From: Roseomonas sp.
Lineage (GTDB): Bacteria; Pseudomonadota; Alphaproteobacteria; Acetobacterales; Acetobacteraceae
NCBI GenBank assembly: GCA_035556695.1
Contig: DATMFR010000060.1
Span: 84 to 64,083 of the forward strand
DNA: 64,000 bases
Direction of reading: 5' to 3'
Part shown: positions 62,520 to 64,000 of the stretch, one piece after another
Layout of the letters: each line of letters opens with the position of its first letter
Numbering within the stretch: position 1 is the first letter of the stretch
The notes under the pieces: generated by a model
What the model saw: the letters and a program-made list of their open reading frames with translations, nothing else
What the model was told of the DNA's origin: nothing
Databases searched by the model: none
Translations under genes and position numbers: made by a program

Positions 62520-64000
62520 TCAGGTGAGGATGTCGATCAGGCTGTCGGAGGCCGCGCGGCGGGGCGCGGCGGCGCCGGCCTGTGCCTCGGCGTCCGGCTC
62601 TGGTTCGGCCGCGGCGGGCCGGGCACTGGCGAAGGCTTCCTCCGGCGAGGGCTTCGGATGAGGCAGGGGGCCGTGCTGCAGGTCCAGCCCGCTGCCGCCA
62701 AGCTGCAGCCCGGCCTGCTCCATCTGCTGCACCAGGTTGTGTCGCTCATGCCGCAGCGCGTCGAAGGTCTCGGCCTGCTCGGCCCGCATCACCACCTGCA
62801 CCGCGCCGTCGCGGAAGGTCAGTTGCAGCTCGACGCGGCCGAGCTCCGGCGGGCGCAGATCGACGGAGATCGTCTCCACGCCGTCCTTCCGGGCGGCCTG
62901 TGCCATGCGCAGCACGAGCTGCGGCGCGGCTTCGGCGGCCAAGCGGTTCTGCGGCAGCGGCGCCTGCGCTGGCATGGCGGCGGGAGGGGGCACGGCCGGG
63001 CTGGTGCCCACGGCCTGACCCTGTCCGACCGACAGGAGCAGTGGCTCCGGTTCCGGCAGCGCCTCCACCAGGGCCGGCGCTGGTCCTGGCAGCGGGGTGC
63101 TGCCCGGTTCCGCCGTGGTCGTCTCGCTCACCGGCACGGCCGCGCCGGGATGGGCGGGAGAATGGAGGGCCACCTCGCCAGGCGGTGCGGCAGTGGTGAT
63201 GGCGGTCGGCAGCAGGACGGGGGCGGCCCACGGCGGCGTGGCGACTTCCTTGCTGGCTCCGGATGGTCCCTCGCTGAGGGCGGGGGTCGCCATCGCCGGC
63301 GTGCCGGGGCGGAGTTGTGGCTGCGGCGGGATCGCGGCGAGGGCCTGCGTCTCCTCGGGAAGGATCGACAGGGCCGGGGTGGCCAGCTCTGTGGGGCGCG
63401 GGAGCCTGCTCGTGACAGGTTCCGCCGCCGGCATGGCATCCGTTGGAGGACGAGGCGTGGCGTCGGGCGAAGGCACCGCTGCGGCCTGCGGCATGGCCTG
63501 AACCGGCAGGCTGGCAGGCGGTACGGAGGGCGGAATCTGCGTCGTGGCAGGCAATGGGTTGCCCGCTTTTGCCACGGCTTCCGCGGGTCCGGCCGGGAGA
63601 GGCGCCGGCGAGGGTGGCTGGGCGATGGCAGGCCTTTCGGACCGCGCTTCCGGCAAGGGTTGCTGAGGGCTGGCGTCCAAGGCCCCGCCCGGAATGATGC
63701 CCAGGGGCTGGGCGGCAGGCTGGGAAGGCGCCGCCGACGCCAGGGACGCCGGCGGCGTGGTTGGATCCGGTATCGCCACGCCTGGAGCTGCCATTTTTGG
63801 CATTCCATCCGGCAGGACCAGAAGGGTCGGAGGTGAAGCCGGTGCAGGGGCGGCGGGCAAGGTGGCCTCCGGCTCCTCCGGTATGGCGGCAGCCAGGGCG
63901 CCCTGCGGCATCTGGAAGGCCGCGGCCAGCCGGCCGGCCTCCTCGGCGGCGGCGGCCAGCGCGTCCCAGGGCAGCGCGCCTGTCCGTCCGGAGGGCGCCG
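62520..64000 (-). CDS. fliK: hook-length control protein FliK (5' end outside window)
   Basis: Pro/Ala-rich body with C-terminal ISVDLRPPELGRVEL...VVMRAEQAET..LR.E...L...M.QAGL; frame open to the window edge; upstream of flgD. Confidence 0.88.
   Translation of the reverse strand, partial: APSGRTGALPWDALAAAAEEAGRLAAAFQMPQGALAAAIPEEPEATLPAAPAPASPPTLLVLPDGMPKMAAPGVAIPDPTTPPASLASAAPSQPAAQPLGIIPGGALDASPQQPLPEARSERPAIAQPPSPAPLPAGPAEAVAKAGNPLPATTQIPPSVPPASLPVQAMPQAAAVPSPDATPRPPTDAMPAAEPVTSRLPRPTELATPALSILPEETQALAAIPPQPQLRPGTPAMATPALSEGPSGASKEVATPPWAAPVLLPTAITTAAPPGEVALHSPAHPGAAVPVSETTTAEPGSTPLPGPAPALVEALPEPEPLLLSVGQGQAVGTSPAVPPPAAMPAQAPLPQNRLAAEAAPQLVLRMAQAARKDGVETISVDLRPPELGRVELQLTFRDGAVQVVMRAEQAETFDALRHERHNLVQQMEQAGLQLGGSGLDLQHGPLPHPKPSPEEAFASARPAAAEPEPDAEAQAGAAAPRRAASDSLIDILT

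Overview
Very GC-rich alphaproteobacterial DNA. The gene content resembles Roseomonas/Acetobacteraceae, which is an inference. The left 14.8 kb looks like the backbone of a plasmid or secondary replicon: an XRE-HTH-ParA/ParB pair with four copies of a perfect TTCTGACGTCAGAA palindrome (candidate parS), an intact Cre-like tyrosine recombinase with a 13-6-13 candidate crossover site, a DUF1612-like protein, an RTX Ca-binding protein, a sugar epimerase, fdhD and several hypothetical genes. From 14.8 kb to the right edge lies an apparently intact, near-complete flagellar gene cluster (flgABCDEFGHIJKLN, fliEFGHIJKLMNPQR, flhAB, motAB, motE, flaF, flbT, flaG, DUF1217, one 833-aa flagellin with five internal repeats). 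No chemotaxis genes, fliA/flgM, fliD/fliS or recognisable master regulator are present. A non-flagellar block sits inside the cluster (39.6-47.9 kb): a serine protease, a protein with two tandem ParB/DGQHR-like domains, a tyrosine-recombinase-fold protein lacking all catalytic residues, a bactofilin and an HTH protein. The strongest unexplained signal is a directional motif, TGCGAAAA(A)W, found co-oriented upstream of many flagellar transcription units and of several non-flagellar genes, suggesting an undescribed regulon. No rRNA, tRNA, CRISPR array or transposase was recognised. All family calls come from motif recognition by eye, not database searches.
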